A DNA stretch of 64,000 nt from Cyanophora paradoxa CCMP329 (lineage: Eukaryota; Plantae; Glaucophyta): positions 558,001-622,000 of the forward strand of contig QPMI01000494.1 of assembly GCA_004431415.1 (NCBI GenBank). Reading direction: 5' to 3'. This document shows, piece by piece, positions 49,524 to 60,099 of this stretch (position 1 is the stretch's first letter; each line of letters starts with the position of its first letter). The translations under genes and the position numbers were made by a program. The notes under the pieces were generated by a model, which searched no databases, had not been told where the DNA came from, and was given only the letters and a program-made list of their open reading frames with translations.

Positions 49524-51980
49524 ACACCCTCGAGCTCGGCCCTCTTCTCTGCCCTCGGCCTCCGCATTCGATCCGCCCCACCTGAGTTCCCTCCTCCCGC
49601 AGCGGGACGATCGACGAGCAAGCCCCGTTCTTCTCAGACGTATCCCCGCACCCGATCGCCCCCGCCAGGCTCGGGCCCGGCCGCTGCTGCGCCTCGGCCC
49701 TCTCGGTCCAGGCGAGCTTCGTTGCTGACAAGATGATGATTATAAAGCCCTTGAGCTCAAAGCTTACAGATCTGAAAGCTTAAAGCTTATAGATCTTAAA
49801 GCCCTTCAATCTTCGAAATCGATATCGCTGCAGCCGTCGCTGCTGACGAGAAGATGACGACGCCGCGCGTGCGTGCGCAGCCCAACAGCACGGCTATGCG
49901 GACGCTCTACGATCTCCACGGCGACTACCTCGGTCCGCGTTCATCTTCGCCTCTTTTCAACTCAGACCGAAACTAAACTAAGCGTCTCTTTTAGACGCCG
50001 CCCTGGCGACGAGCCAGCGGCTGTACCTCTCGGCCGCCAACGAGGACATCGGCGCGGGCCTCCGCTTCGCCGCGGCCGTCTTCGGCATCCAGCTCGCCGC
50101 CCTCCTGGGAGCCTACTTCCTCGTCTTCCGCCCCATGTGAGTGACTCGCTGTTCTCCGTCTTCATTGTTACTAGTACTTCACTAGTTTCGCGTTTCATCG
50201 CATTCACAGTAGCTACTTAAATAGACTCTAGACTTTATGCTTCGTATTTCATGATCACGTCTCGCGGCGCTCTTGGGCGCCTTTTTCCTCGCGATAGTCT
50301 TCCGCCCCATATACCGACTCGCCGTTTCTGCGTCTAGATCTTCATTTAACTTCTCCTTCTCCTTCTTCTTAACTCCGGGTTTCACTCTATCCCCCCTACG
50401 CCTGACGTTTACATCGATACCCTTCGCAGCATCCGGCAGCTGCGGGAGGAGTGCGGGCGCAGCGACGAGCTCCTCCACATGCTACCCAAAGAGGTCTTTT
50501 GGTTTCTGCGGTTCAGTGCATTGAAAGGGAAATGCTCGAGGTATACTCTAGACAAATATACAGCTAAATTCATTGTAGTGTACTCCGCTTGGTTCCTGCA
50601 TGGCCCCCTTTGATTCATGATAGTCTTGTATCAATCTTCGCTTCACCTCAACTTAGTTTACCCTCAGTTGTTTTGCCGTCACCTCCATCAGATGCTTCAT
50701 CGATGTTAGTTAGGAGCACTGGCCCCCTCCACCTTCCAGTTCCTCGTGTATTCCATGCCTTCCCTGTACCTTTGATTCCGTTCCCTTTGTCGTTAGCTCT
50801 GCCTCTTCCTCCTCCATCTCTCACTGTTAGCCCTCAGGCAGTTCCGCCTCTTTATCTTCAGCGACCGTCAGACCGTATAGTTTTTGGCAGCGAGTATTTT
50901 GTGTATGGTGACGTTCCTCGTGTGTACCCTTCTCTCTCTTCTACTTCGCTATATTTGCCTCTCCCGCCTGGTTCAGCCCCATCGTCTGCCTTCCCTGTCA
51001 CTACTGGCTTGCGTTTCGCCCCTCCTCTTATACTGCCGATTCCGAGTCTGCACCCGAGCTCTGCCCCTTTCCTCGTGTCGTCCCCAGTTCCTCAGATTAG
51101 TCTTCAGCCGTCCATTGTTTTACCAACTCTACAATCTCGATTCCGTTTAGACACTCCGCCAGCTTCGACTTTCCCCTCTAGTGGTGTCCTACGTTTCGCC
51201 TCTCCTACTGTTCTACCGCCTTTGCCTCCTGCGACTACGTCTTCTAGTTCTGCTGTTAGCTCTGTCTTGTCGTCTTCGTCTAGATCTTCGTCTTCGACTG
51301 TAGTTCCTCGTGCTCGTTCTCCTTATTTGCTGCGTCCCCGTGCTCCTCGTCGTTCTAGTGTGACTAGTACTTTTGCATCGACGCCCTTGAGCTCTTCTAC
51401 TCCTTCTCCTCGTGCTCGTTCTCCTTATCTTTTGCGTTCTTCTGATCGTGTCCCTTCTCGTGATCCCTCTTGATTCTGTATATATTTTGTGCTAGTTTAC
51501 TGTATCTTTGATTTGTGATTGCTTTGTTGTCTTTAATATCACTACCTACGGGGGGTTCGCCCCACCGTAGTCTCTCAAAAAAAAAAAACCTCCGCTTGCG
51601 CGGTTGCAGTTATTTGACCCCCAAGGCAGATGCTGCCGCTGATGAAGGATCTCCAGCTTAGCTTCTTTAGCTTCCTTAGCTTCCTTAGCTTCTTGTTCAG
51701 GATCTGACTTGATTATTGTTTCCAGATGCTGCCGCTGATGAAGGAGCTTCAGCGGTTCATCCGCACGGCGAACGCGCGCTCGAGCGACCACGGGCGCGGC
51801 CTGTCCCGCGAGGCCTGGGAGAGGTACTTGTTACATTACTTGTGTCTAGAGAGATGCAATAGTTCAATTTTTGCTTCACACACGTCATCTCCAATGAACT
51901 TCGATATAGCTGACGCCGCTTGTGCAGCATCCTGGACATTTTCGCGGTGGTCTGCAGCCTCGGGCGCAAAGGGCGCATGG
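40057..51980 (+). CDS. TmcB/TmcC (tiny-macrocysts)-like polytopic membrane protein, many exons; 3' end uncertain (may extend to ~52560)
   Basis: Start MARREDAAAHSTLVQLLRKLEK, then an N-terminal TM block (VTVPFYSTFEN). Signature exons ADAIYR|EAMYALPHSVYIRIHYALF, FDMRYLVFEKQR, AKAKHAEALRLIQRFW, YEALLRKYRSSKMLLRTYADFVAS|VLND (TPR-like TmcB region). C-terminal YFLVFRP|IRQLREECGRSDELLHMLPKE|MLPLMKELQRF. Confidence 0.8.
46849..46931. repeat. Intronic 18-bp minisatellite (GTTCGATCCCGAA+5 nt), ~4.5 copies
   Basis: GTTCGATCCCGAAATCGC / GTTCGATCCCGAACTTTC x2 / GTTCGATCCCGAAATCAC / GTTTGATCCCG. Confidence 0.9.
50592..51588 (+). mobile_element. 5'-truncated non-LTR (LINE-type) retro-insertion inside an intron of the TmcB-like gene
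   Basis: 9-bp TSD CTCCGCTTG at 50583-50591 and 51590-51598; A12 tail at 51577-51588; stem-loop CTACGGGGGG-TTCG-CCCCACCGTAG at 51546-51570. An uninterrupted Ser/Pro-rich frame runs to 51473 with T-ending codons unlike the host genes. Confidence 0.8.
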
Positions 51981-52690
51981 TGCACGTGCACGCGACGATC
52001 TCGCCGGCCCCCAGCGCAAGCACCGCAGGGGGCGGGGTGTGAGCCCAGCAGTCGCGGTCCTGTTGCTGAGTAGTTTCAGCTCTTTAATTATATGTATGGT
52101 TGACTTCGGTATCGGTGATCTTATAGTTTCAAGTTCATATATACTCCGCATCTCGCGATCGCGCCTCGCGGCTCGTCCGCGAAATGCAAGATGCTGTGAT
52201 CCAGATCCAGGGAGGGGCGAAATTCCCGGGCGCATATGCATTGATATCGTCTGGGAATATTAATTATAATGGGTGGGGATAGCCCCCTGCTGAAAGCTTA
52301 AACTGGTTTGGCCTCTTGCTTAGCTAATTATATAATTAGGCCTCATGATCGCAGCATCACCGGTACCCTTCATTTATAATTATATAAGCCTGTATACGTA
52401 GCGCTGTAGATATTGATATCGCGATCGGCCCCCGTGACCATGGCCAGCGCCTCCCGCCGCGGCAGGCAGCCCCGCCAGACGACCGGGCCTACACACGCGA
52501 GCTCGAGAGCGTGGTTGTTCTCAAGAAACAAAGAACTATACTAGTCCTGGCTATCTGAGAGCCACCTTGGCACTGAAAGCGATGATCATGATTAGCATGA
52601 TCATCGCTTCGAACTCGAAGAGAGCGAACCCTGTCGGGGTATACGTAGCAGCAAGCTACTCATCGAAGGAGACCTGCGTGTGGAGGAGGC

Positions 52691-53079
52691 TCAGTCGAAG
52701 CGCCTCGCGCGCCGCGTCGTCCAGGGCCGGGCGGCCGCCGCGTCCTTGGCGAGCTCGAGGCGCCGGAGGCGCTGGAGGGACGTGACGGAGAGGAAGCCCG
52801 CCGCCGAGTCGAGGGGGAGCCGGGCCTCCACCGTGAGCGTCTCGAGGGAGGGAACGTCCGAGGCCAGTCGCTGCGGCGGAGGGGCGCGATCATGATCACG
52901 ATCATGAGATCTAGACCTAGCCGCACATAACAAGAACAGCTAGACCTGTCTAGATCTAGAGCTACTGTCGTATGTGTGCCAAAAGCTTCGTTCATGAGAA
53001 TCCATCTTAAGCGACATCGAAGTTGCGGGGGGCAACCTCTGTGTGTCACAAGTTTATGAGATTCCCTCGAACTCTAAGT

Positions 53080-53110
<31 letters not shown>

Positions 53111-55091
53111 CGGGGGGGAGAAGACGAAGGCCGACCGAGAAGAAGGCGCCGGGGACAACGCCGTCGACCTCCGCCCTGGCCGAGTGGAACAGGTGGAGGG
53201 ACTTGAGTCCCGTCCAGCCGTGCATGGGCTGCTCAGCAAAGGCCAGGAAAGTGCCAGAAGGAAGGCAGAGCTCGAGGTGCTGCGCACCAATGCGGCTGTG
53301 GTCAGCTTATAAGCAGGCGACATATAATTAGGAAGATCGACCTCGCTTTTTAACTGAATTCGAATTGCAAATTAAAAGACCGCGCTTATAAGTTACCTCG
53401 AGCGTTGGCAGCTTCGAAGCGGTCGCAGCGAGCCGTCGTGAGGTTGATTCGTTGTATTCGGGGAGCCCAATGAAGGCTCTGCGCAGCCCGGGGAGGCGCA
53501 GGAGTGGAGTCGTGTCCGCCACGTTCTGTATGATAAGAAGTACGTATTCCAGCTGTCGCATGCCTTCGAGGAAGCCGATATGTTCGGCGATCACTTCCAC
53601 ACAGCATGCTGCCCCCGTGAGTTTAAGAAAGGCCCGCTAAGCCGTTGCAGCGAGAGCTCGAGTCCTCACCTTTCAGAGACGCGAGGCTCGAGAGTGGCTC
53701 CAAGTCAGCCTCCGATGCGGTCGGGTTAATGGATGTGCCAGTCGCATCAAAACATTCTGCGCGGCGCGCGCGGCGCCACTCATTACATAAAAAAACCGAT
53801 GATGACGATGACGATGACTGCAAGCAAATGAAAACCATCACCGAGCTTCAGTTGCTCCAAGCGCTGGAAGGCAGCGACCGACGAGCAGACGGGAGCGAGT
53901 GTGGCCTCTTCAACAAAGACTCCGCATGCTAGCCGCGTCAGTGTAGGGGCCAGCGGCGCGAGAGCCCGCAGGGTCTCAAGCGTGATGGGCATTCTGTCAG
54001 AAAACAAAACAGGGGTGAGTGGCGAAAGCAAAGCAGGGGCGAGATCGCGAGCGGGAGCATGTACAACGCACTCCTCCAATGTCAATGCCTGCAGTGGGAG
54101 CGATGCCAGCGCTTGGACGGAGCCCTGGACGATAGGCCCAGCGACAATCTGACTATTTTGCTGCATCGATCGAGACTCGCCCGACTCCGAAGTAATGGAC
54201 AGCTGAAAAAACGCAGTAGGTAAGAAAACCCTTACATCACTTAGAGAGCTCGATAGCTTAGAAAGAGAGCTCGCGATCGCAATCGAGGAGGTTCGCACGC
54301 GATCGCACCTCTTGGAGATGAGAAAAGTGCCGAATTCCGGGGAGTATGCCCGGAAGCACAGATTCTTCAAGGATGAATCCCAGAGCTGTAAGCTGCATGC
54401 CAAATGATTTACAGAGCTTCATCACAGAATCGCTGCTGAGCTCGCCGACGCCGCTGCTCATGTAAAGAGAGCGCAAAGCTTCTCCGTGCTTCGATTTCTG
54501 ATGGTCGACAAGTGTGCTGATAACGTCATCGCTGGCCGATCCAATTAAAACGCTCTGCCAAAGACTGGGCTGCTGGGCGAGGCTGCGGAAGCGGCGGGAG
54601 ACGTGGCTGAGCTGCGCCAACTCGCTGAGGTTCTGAAACGTGCACGTGACACGAGGGGAGTGGGATTTCATCGGAATCGACGCATACTCCTGGAAGAATT
54701 CGAAGCACGCCGACGCTTCCGCGATGATGCGGGTGACGAGGTCATCGGGGAGAGCGTCGAACGGGCTGCCGCCGGCCGCGAGCACTGCTGCCACGCCCGC
54801 CGACGTCGACGGGGCAAAAGTTCGTGCGGCTGCGCAGAGGAAAATCAGGCGGCGGCGGCAGCGGCCGGCGCACGTGTGGCCAAATGCGCAAAGGCGCACC
54901 CTGGTCATGGCCAGCTGAAGCCATGCCTGACGAAGACGCGCCTGCGGGCTCATGATCATCAGGGAGAGAATGACAGGAGCATATGTGAGCAGCTGCTCAC
55001 CGGCCGTGTCAGGCACCTGCACCGGCGCAGGCGCGGGCGCGGGTTCTCCCGTGGCTACCCTCGCCCGCTTCGCCGCGCGCTCGCGAGCCAT
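52691..55091 (-). CDS. F-box / leucine-rich-repeat protein (spliced)
   Basis: F-box SPFDALPDDLVTRII...LSHVSRRFRSLAQQPSLW. LRR-like units LRSLYM, FSHLQE|LSI, LQALTL, FQRLEQLKL, LPTLE|HLEL, LETLTV, LQRLRRLEL. Confidence 0.82.
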
Positions 55092-55637
55092 CTGCGACTC
55101 GGCTGCGTAGATCTAGACCTGCGACTCGTATCGATATCATGATCGATATCAATTGCAACCGCGCGCGTGCGTGCGGGACGGGACGTCGACGAGGCGTGAC
55201 GTCGCATCGAATCAACCGCGTGCGTGCATCAACCATATGGTCTAGTGCACGTGGCGCGGCACTGGCGCCGCGCGCCCGGCCCCAAAATTTTGAACGCGCA
55301 CCTGCGCCGGAGCGATCGCCGCGCTCGCTCGGTATGCAAACGGACTGCCAACAACGTGCACGTCGTCTCTCCGCCGCAGCCTTCGCGCCGCGGCCGCTGG
55401 ATTGCGTCCCGGCGAGCTCGCGAGCCGCCTGCTCCCGCGCTCGCTTGCCGAAGGTCGGAACCGCTTCCAAATCTCCTTAAACGTCGCCGGAACGCTAGCC
55501 GCCGATGCGGATGGGCCGCAGGAAGAGCAGCAGCCTGCCAGTCCAACCTTTGGGGGTACCGCGCACTCTCGCGCCTGCTCCTCGATGAAGCCCCCCGACG
55601 CGTGAGACGGCTTCCTACGCGCTTGGCGGAATCGGGG

Positions 55638-58349
55638 ATGCTTGCGGAGCCGCTGCAGGCCCGGGCGGTCTCGTTCCTGTCCTCGATCCGGCTCGGCACG
55701 ACCCCGCCCTCGTCGCCCGACGAGTCCAAGCAGCTCGCCAATGTCATCGCGCCCACCGGCATCGCAACAAGCGGGTAAACGATGCCGCAGCGGTCCGCCC
55801 GGGCTGCGCTCGGCGCTCACTGCCCGCGCAGCTCCGGGGCACACGGCGCCGCCCCGTCGCGTACGGCGTCGCTCGCGGAGGCGGAGGGGATCGACTTTCT
55901 GACGCGGCGGCGCCTGGAGGTCGCGCGGGCCTTCCTCTCCTCCATCCAGCTCACGCACAGCGCGCCCGCCGAGGGCCAGCCCGGCGGGGCCGCGGTGCGC
56001 CCGCCGGCGCCCTCCGAACGCTTCTCCGCTGCGGCCGACCGCTGTCCGCTCAGGGCGAGGACCTGCGCTCCACGCCCGTCCCCGGCCCCGAAGGCGAGCC
56101 GCCGCCCTCCCGAGCGCCCGACGCCGCCTCGCCGCTGTGCGCTGACGGCGCCGGCAGATGCGGAGGGCGGCGAGGCGGGGCCGGGGCAGCCGCTCAGCCC
56201 CGAGATGGAGGTGCCGGCGCCTGCGCGCGGCGCCCCGCCCCGCCCTCGGCCGACCCGCCGCCCGCGCAGCCGCTCTTCCAGTCGACCGCCGAGAAGATCG
56301 GCCCCTGGATCAGGCGAGCGCGCCGCGGCGCCGCGCCTCTGCGCCCTCCCGCCGGCCCGCCTGACGCGCCGCGCGGCCGCAGGAAGCGCGAGCCTCTCAT
56401 GTGGGCGCTCCTCCGCCAGGGCTGCCGCATCTTCGTGTCCCCCTCCAAGGCGCGCCCGTACCCCCCTCCGCGGTCGGGCGACCTTCTCACGCCGCGCGGC
56501 GCGCAGGGGTCCCTCCCGGTGCTGGGGTACAGCGTCCTGCGGTACGACCCCGAGGAGGAGGAGAAGCGGCTGCGGCGGCAGGCGAGCCCGTACCCCCCCG
56601 CGCTTGGTCAGCTCTGCGCTGTACCCCGCTGACGCCCGTCCCGCAGAGCGCGACGCTGTACGTGTCCCAGAACACGCAGCTCATCGGAAAGCGCGCCGCC
56701 GTACCCGTCCTCCCGCCCGGTCGCCCCGCGGTACCCCTGAGGCCGGGGGCGGGGCCAGGGAGGGGGACATGGAGTCGTCGCTGTCGGGCGCGAGCCTCGC
56801 GAAGCGCAAGTCGAACAAGGCGAGCGCCCCCCCTCCCCCCCCGCCGCCGCCGCCGGGATTCGAACCGGGGCCGCGCAGGGCGTCTCGTTCGGGTTCCTTC
56901 TAAAGTCGAGCTGGACCCCGTGCGCCCCCCCGCCGCCCCTCCGCCCCCCCGCCCCGCCGCAGCCGCCGAGTCGGGCGGGGCGCAGGAGGCGGCGGCTGCG
57001 GCGGGGGCCGGAGGCGGAGGCGGAGGGGGAGGACGAGGCGGAGGAGGACGGGGCCGGCGAGGGCGAGGGCGAGGGCGAGGGCGAGGGCTACGGCGACGCC
57101 GACGCGGACGCGGACGGTACCCCCGCCCCGCCCGCTCCCCGCCACATCTCCTCCCCCGAGCCCTTCCCTGTACCCCGCAGAGAAGGGGGAGGTGGAGGAG
57201 GCGGGGGAGGAGGGGGCGGGGGCGGCGGGGGAGGAGTACGACGCCCTCTTCCTCGACGACCCCGAGATCCGCTCCGGCGCGGCCCGCTTTCCGCCTCGAA
57301 TTCGATCCCGAATTTGATCCGAGGCGCCCCCGCCCCGCCCGCAGGCAAGCACCGGACGGTGATGAACCTCCCCGGGTTCATGGTGCGCGAGCGAGTACCC
57401 CCCGCCAGCTTGCAGTCCTGGACCTCGTACCCCGGGCTCATACCGTACCCCTCCCTGCAGGAGAGCATCATACCCTACGTGCGACCGAAGGACCTTCGTG
57501 GCGAGCTCAACCGCCAGGTCCGGGATCGCCGTACCCCCTCTGAGGGCCCTGTACCCCTTCTGACTTCTTCCCCCAGTTCGCCTCGAAGCACTCGTGGCTG
57601 CCCCCCGCCATGACCCTGTCGAAGGCGTGCCGTACCCCTCCCCGACCCCGTACCCCCTGCCCTCGAGCCCCCGTACCCCCCGCAGATCCGCAACCTGAAG
57701 CTCGACCTCGTCCGAATTCTCATCGACTGCGTGCGCCCGTACCCCGCGCCCCGGCCCCGTCGCCTCGTACCTCCCCACGAAACCCGTACCCCCCGCCCGC
57801 AGGACATGGACGTCACGACGCTCGCGCTCGCCATCGTCTACTTCGAGAAGCTCGTCCTGAAGGTGACGGGGGGTACAGGTACACTCCGCGTCCCGCCTGA
57901 TCCCCCGCCCTGTACCCCCCAGAACCTCGTCTCGAAGCCGAACCGGCGGCTGCTGGCGGACATCTGCTTCCTCCTCGCGATGAAGTTCAGCGAGCCCAAG
58001 TACCCCGCCTGCGCCCCCGCCTTCTTCGAGGTCCCCGTACCCCCCCTCCCGCCCCCGCCCCCGCAGCCCCTCACGCCGCGTACCCCCCTCCTCCCCTCCG
58101 CGCAGGCGGTGAGCGACGTGCACGGGATCCCGAAGAAGGACCTCCTCCGCTCCGAGTGGGCCGTCTTCGTCGACCTCAACTTCAGGCGGGCCCCTCCCCC
58201 TCGTCCACCGTACTCCGGGCGCCGCTGAGCGGGGCGCGCGCAGCCTGCACGCGCCGGTGCGGCACGTGATGCCGCACTTCCACCGCCTCTCCGCCCTCGC
58301 CGCCATCGACACCCGCCCCTACCACGACCCCGCCCCGCCTACCCCTTGA
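55638..58349 (+). CDS. CABLES: CABLES-like (CDK5 and ABL enzyme substrate) cyclin-box protein
   Basis: AVSFLSSIRL N-terminal motif. Spliced core YDALFLDDPEIRSG|KHRTVMNLPGFM|ESIIPYVRPKDLRGELNRQ|F...MTLSK|IRNLK...LALAIVYFEKLVLK|NLVSKPNRRLLADICFLLAMKF...LLRSEWAVFVDLNF|SLH...VMPHFHRL. Confidence 0.9.
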
Positions 58350-58674
58350 CCGGGGCCCGCGCCTGCGCCGCTCTCTCCGGTCCCGCGCCCCGCGCCTCCA
58401 CACCTTCCCCTCCTTCCCTCCCCTGCCACACCCGCTCCTCCCCCTCGGCCCCCGAGAACCCAGCGGCCCTGCAGCTTCCGGCCCTGCCCCTGCCCCCCTC
58501 TTGTGCCCCACTCCGCCCTTGCGAACGGGGCGCCGCCGCTATTGCTAGCGCTAGCGCTCGCCTCCCCACTCCGGTGACCCTGCCTGCGATCCACTGATAG
58601 AGACGCATATATATATGCAGTTTGAAAATTTTGGTTCCGGATCCAACTGAACAAGCCGATCATCTAGTCTAGAT

Positions 58675-60099
58675 CTAGATGTACAAACGAAGGTGCCCCG
58701 TGATCATGACGACAGTCCTGCACGACGGGCACGGCCGCCGCACGAACTCGGCGCTGCAGCCTTCGCAGAGGCAGTGGCCGCACCTGCGCATGCCTGCCGC
58801 GTGCGGTGTAAGCGAGAAAGAGTGCCCAGAGTTTCGAGATTGATGGAGCATGAACTCACGGCTGCAGGGCGTGGTGGTGCGGAGGCTGCTCTAAACAGAC
58901 CGGACACTCGAGGGCACGTCCACGGCGGCTACAGCTAGCGCTGCCGCCGCCGCAGCAGCAGCGGCGATCGCCTCCTGCTGCCTCACAGCGACGCGGGCGA
59001 TGGCGCCCGAGAGTTGTTGCAGGAGGGCCCCCAGCTCCGCCGAGCCCAGGCCCGCCAGGCTCGCCTCGTCGCAGCGAAGCGCGCCGCCCGCCCGCTCCTC
59101 CGCCGCCCGCAGCCGCCCGTGCTGTGCCCCGCCCCGGCCCGCGCCCCCCGTCAGCCGCCGCGGGATCGTGGTCGGAGCGAGGGCGCCGGGGCGGGACCGC
59201 GGCGGCGAGCTCCTCGGCCTGCCTCCGCGCCAGCTCCTCGTACTCGCGGCGGAGCTGCTCCAGCTGCGACCGTCGGACGCCGGCGCCCGCCGCCCCGTCA
59301 CGATCTAGAACAGGCAAGAAGGCATGAAACAGAAACCTGCTCCTCATGCCTCCGCTGCATCTCAACAAGCTCGGACTCCCGCTGCTGCCTACGGTGCTTC
59401 TCCTCCTCCCGCATTTCTTCCGCAAGCGAAAGCTGAACCGCCTGCTCGACAGCAATCATTGGCATTGCACGTGCAGTGGAAGCTGCAGTGCTCTAGATCT
59501 CAAGCCGGTCTCGAACCTGCTGCAGTCGCGCACGCCACAGCTTTCTGATCACCTCCTCTTCCTGCCGCCGACGGTGCCCATCTTCTTGCAGCTGTTTCTC
59601 GGCTTGCGCCAACTGCTGACGACATTCCTCCGCACGACGCAGATCTTCCGCTCGCCGAGATGCCTGCCCGACCGCATGAATTGTACACGGGACGAACGCA
59701 AATGCTTGGGAGATCTAGAGGTGCCGGCACCTGCTCATCACGCTCCTGGCGGAGCTGCGCGATCTCCTGTCGCAGGTGCTCTAGATCTTCTTCTCGCTGC
59801 CGCTCTTCTACCCGCGCCGGCGCCACCAGTGGCGGGTCCTCCTCCTCGGTGCGCCGCAGCTCGTCCCCGCGCCGCCTCTCTTTCTCCTCGGCGAGGCGCT
59901 GGCGCAGGGTGTCGAGAAGGCTAGCGCTGCTGGTATACGTACTGCTGGCGGAATCGATATCTGCAGCTGGCTTAAATGATGGTCCCGGTCCCGGCGCCGG
60001 GACGTCCTGCTCCTGCTGCTGCGTCTGCTGCTCTGTGTCGCTATTGATGGCTGGGGCGGCGGAGACGTCTGCGGGCGGCGGCCCGGGCGCCAGAGGCAT
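58675..60099 (-). CDS. Coiled-coil protein with C-terminal C3HC4 RING finger; apparent 1-nt frameshift before the RING
   Basis: E/R/Q-rich coiled-coil exons, then LECPVCLE...ALQP|CGHCLCEGC...CPSCR...LRLYI*. The helical frame ...AAALAVAAVD is out of frame with ALECPVC at ~58916-58920. Confidence 0.72.

Noticed and set aside
51638-51745. CTGATGA as a hammerhead ribozyme core (Penelope-like element)
   Set aside because: It is coding sequence (CTG ATG AAG = L-M-K) of the duplicated exon start; no matching stems or GAAA core
53081-53118. Long G/C homopolymers (also ~35320, ~49465) as G-quadruplex elements
   Set aside because: Common intronic poly-C tracts in this genome, and their lengths are prone to sequencing error
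56850-56880. tRNA T-arm/B-box-like GGTTCGAATCCC on the minus strand (similar on plus at ~41803)
   Set aside because: No D-arm/A-box, anticodon arm or acceptor stem can be built; TTCGAA is a common intron word here
55782-58312. 373-470 aa Arg/Gly/Pro-rich ORFs on both strands
   Set aside because: Stop-poor GC-rich frames reading through CABLES exons and introns; the conserved protein appears only after splicing
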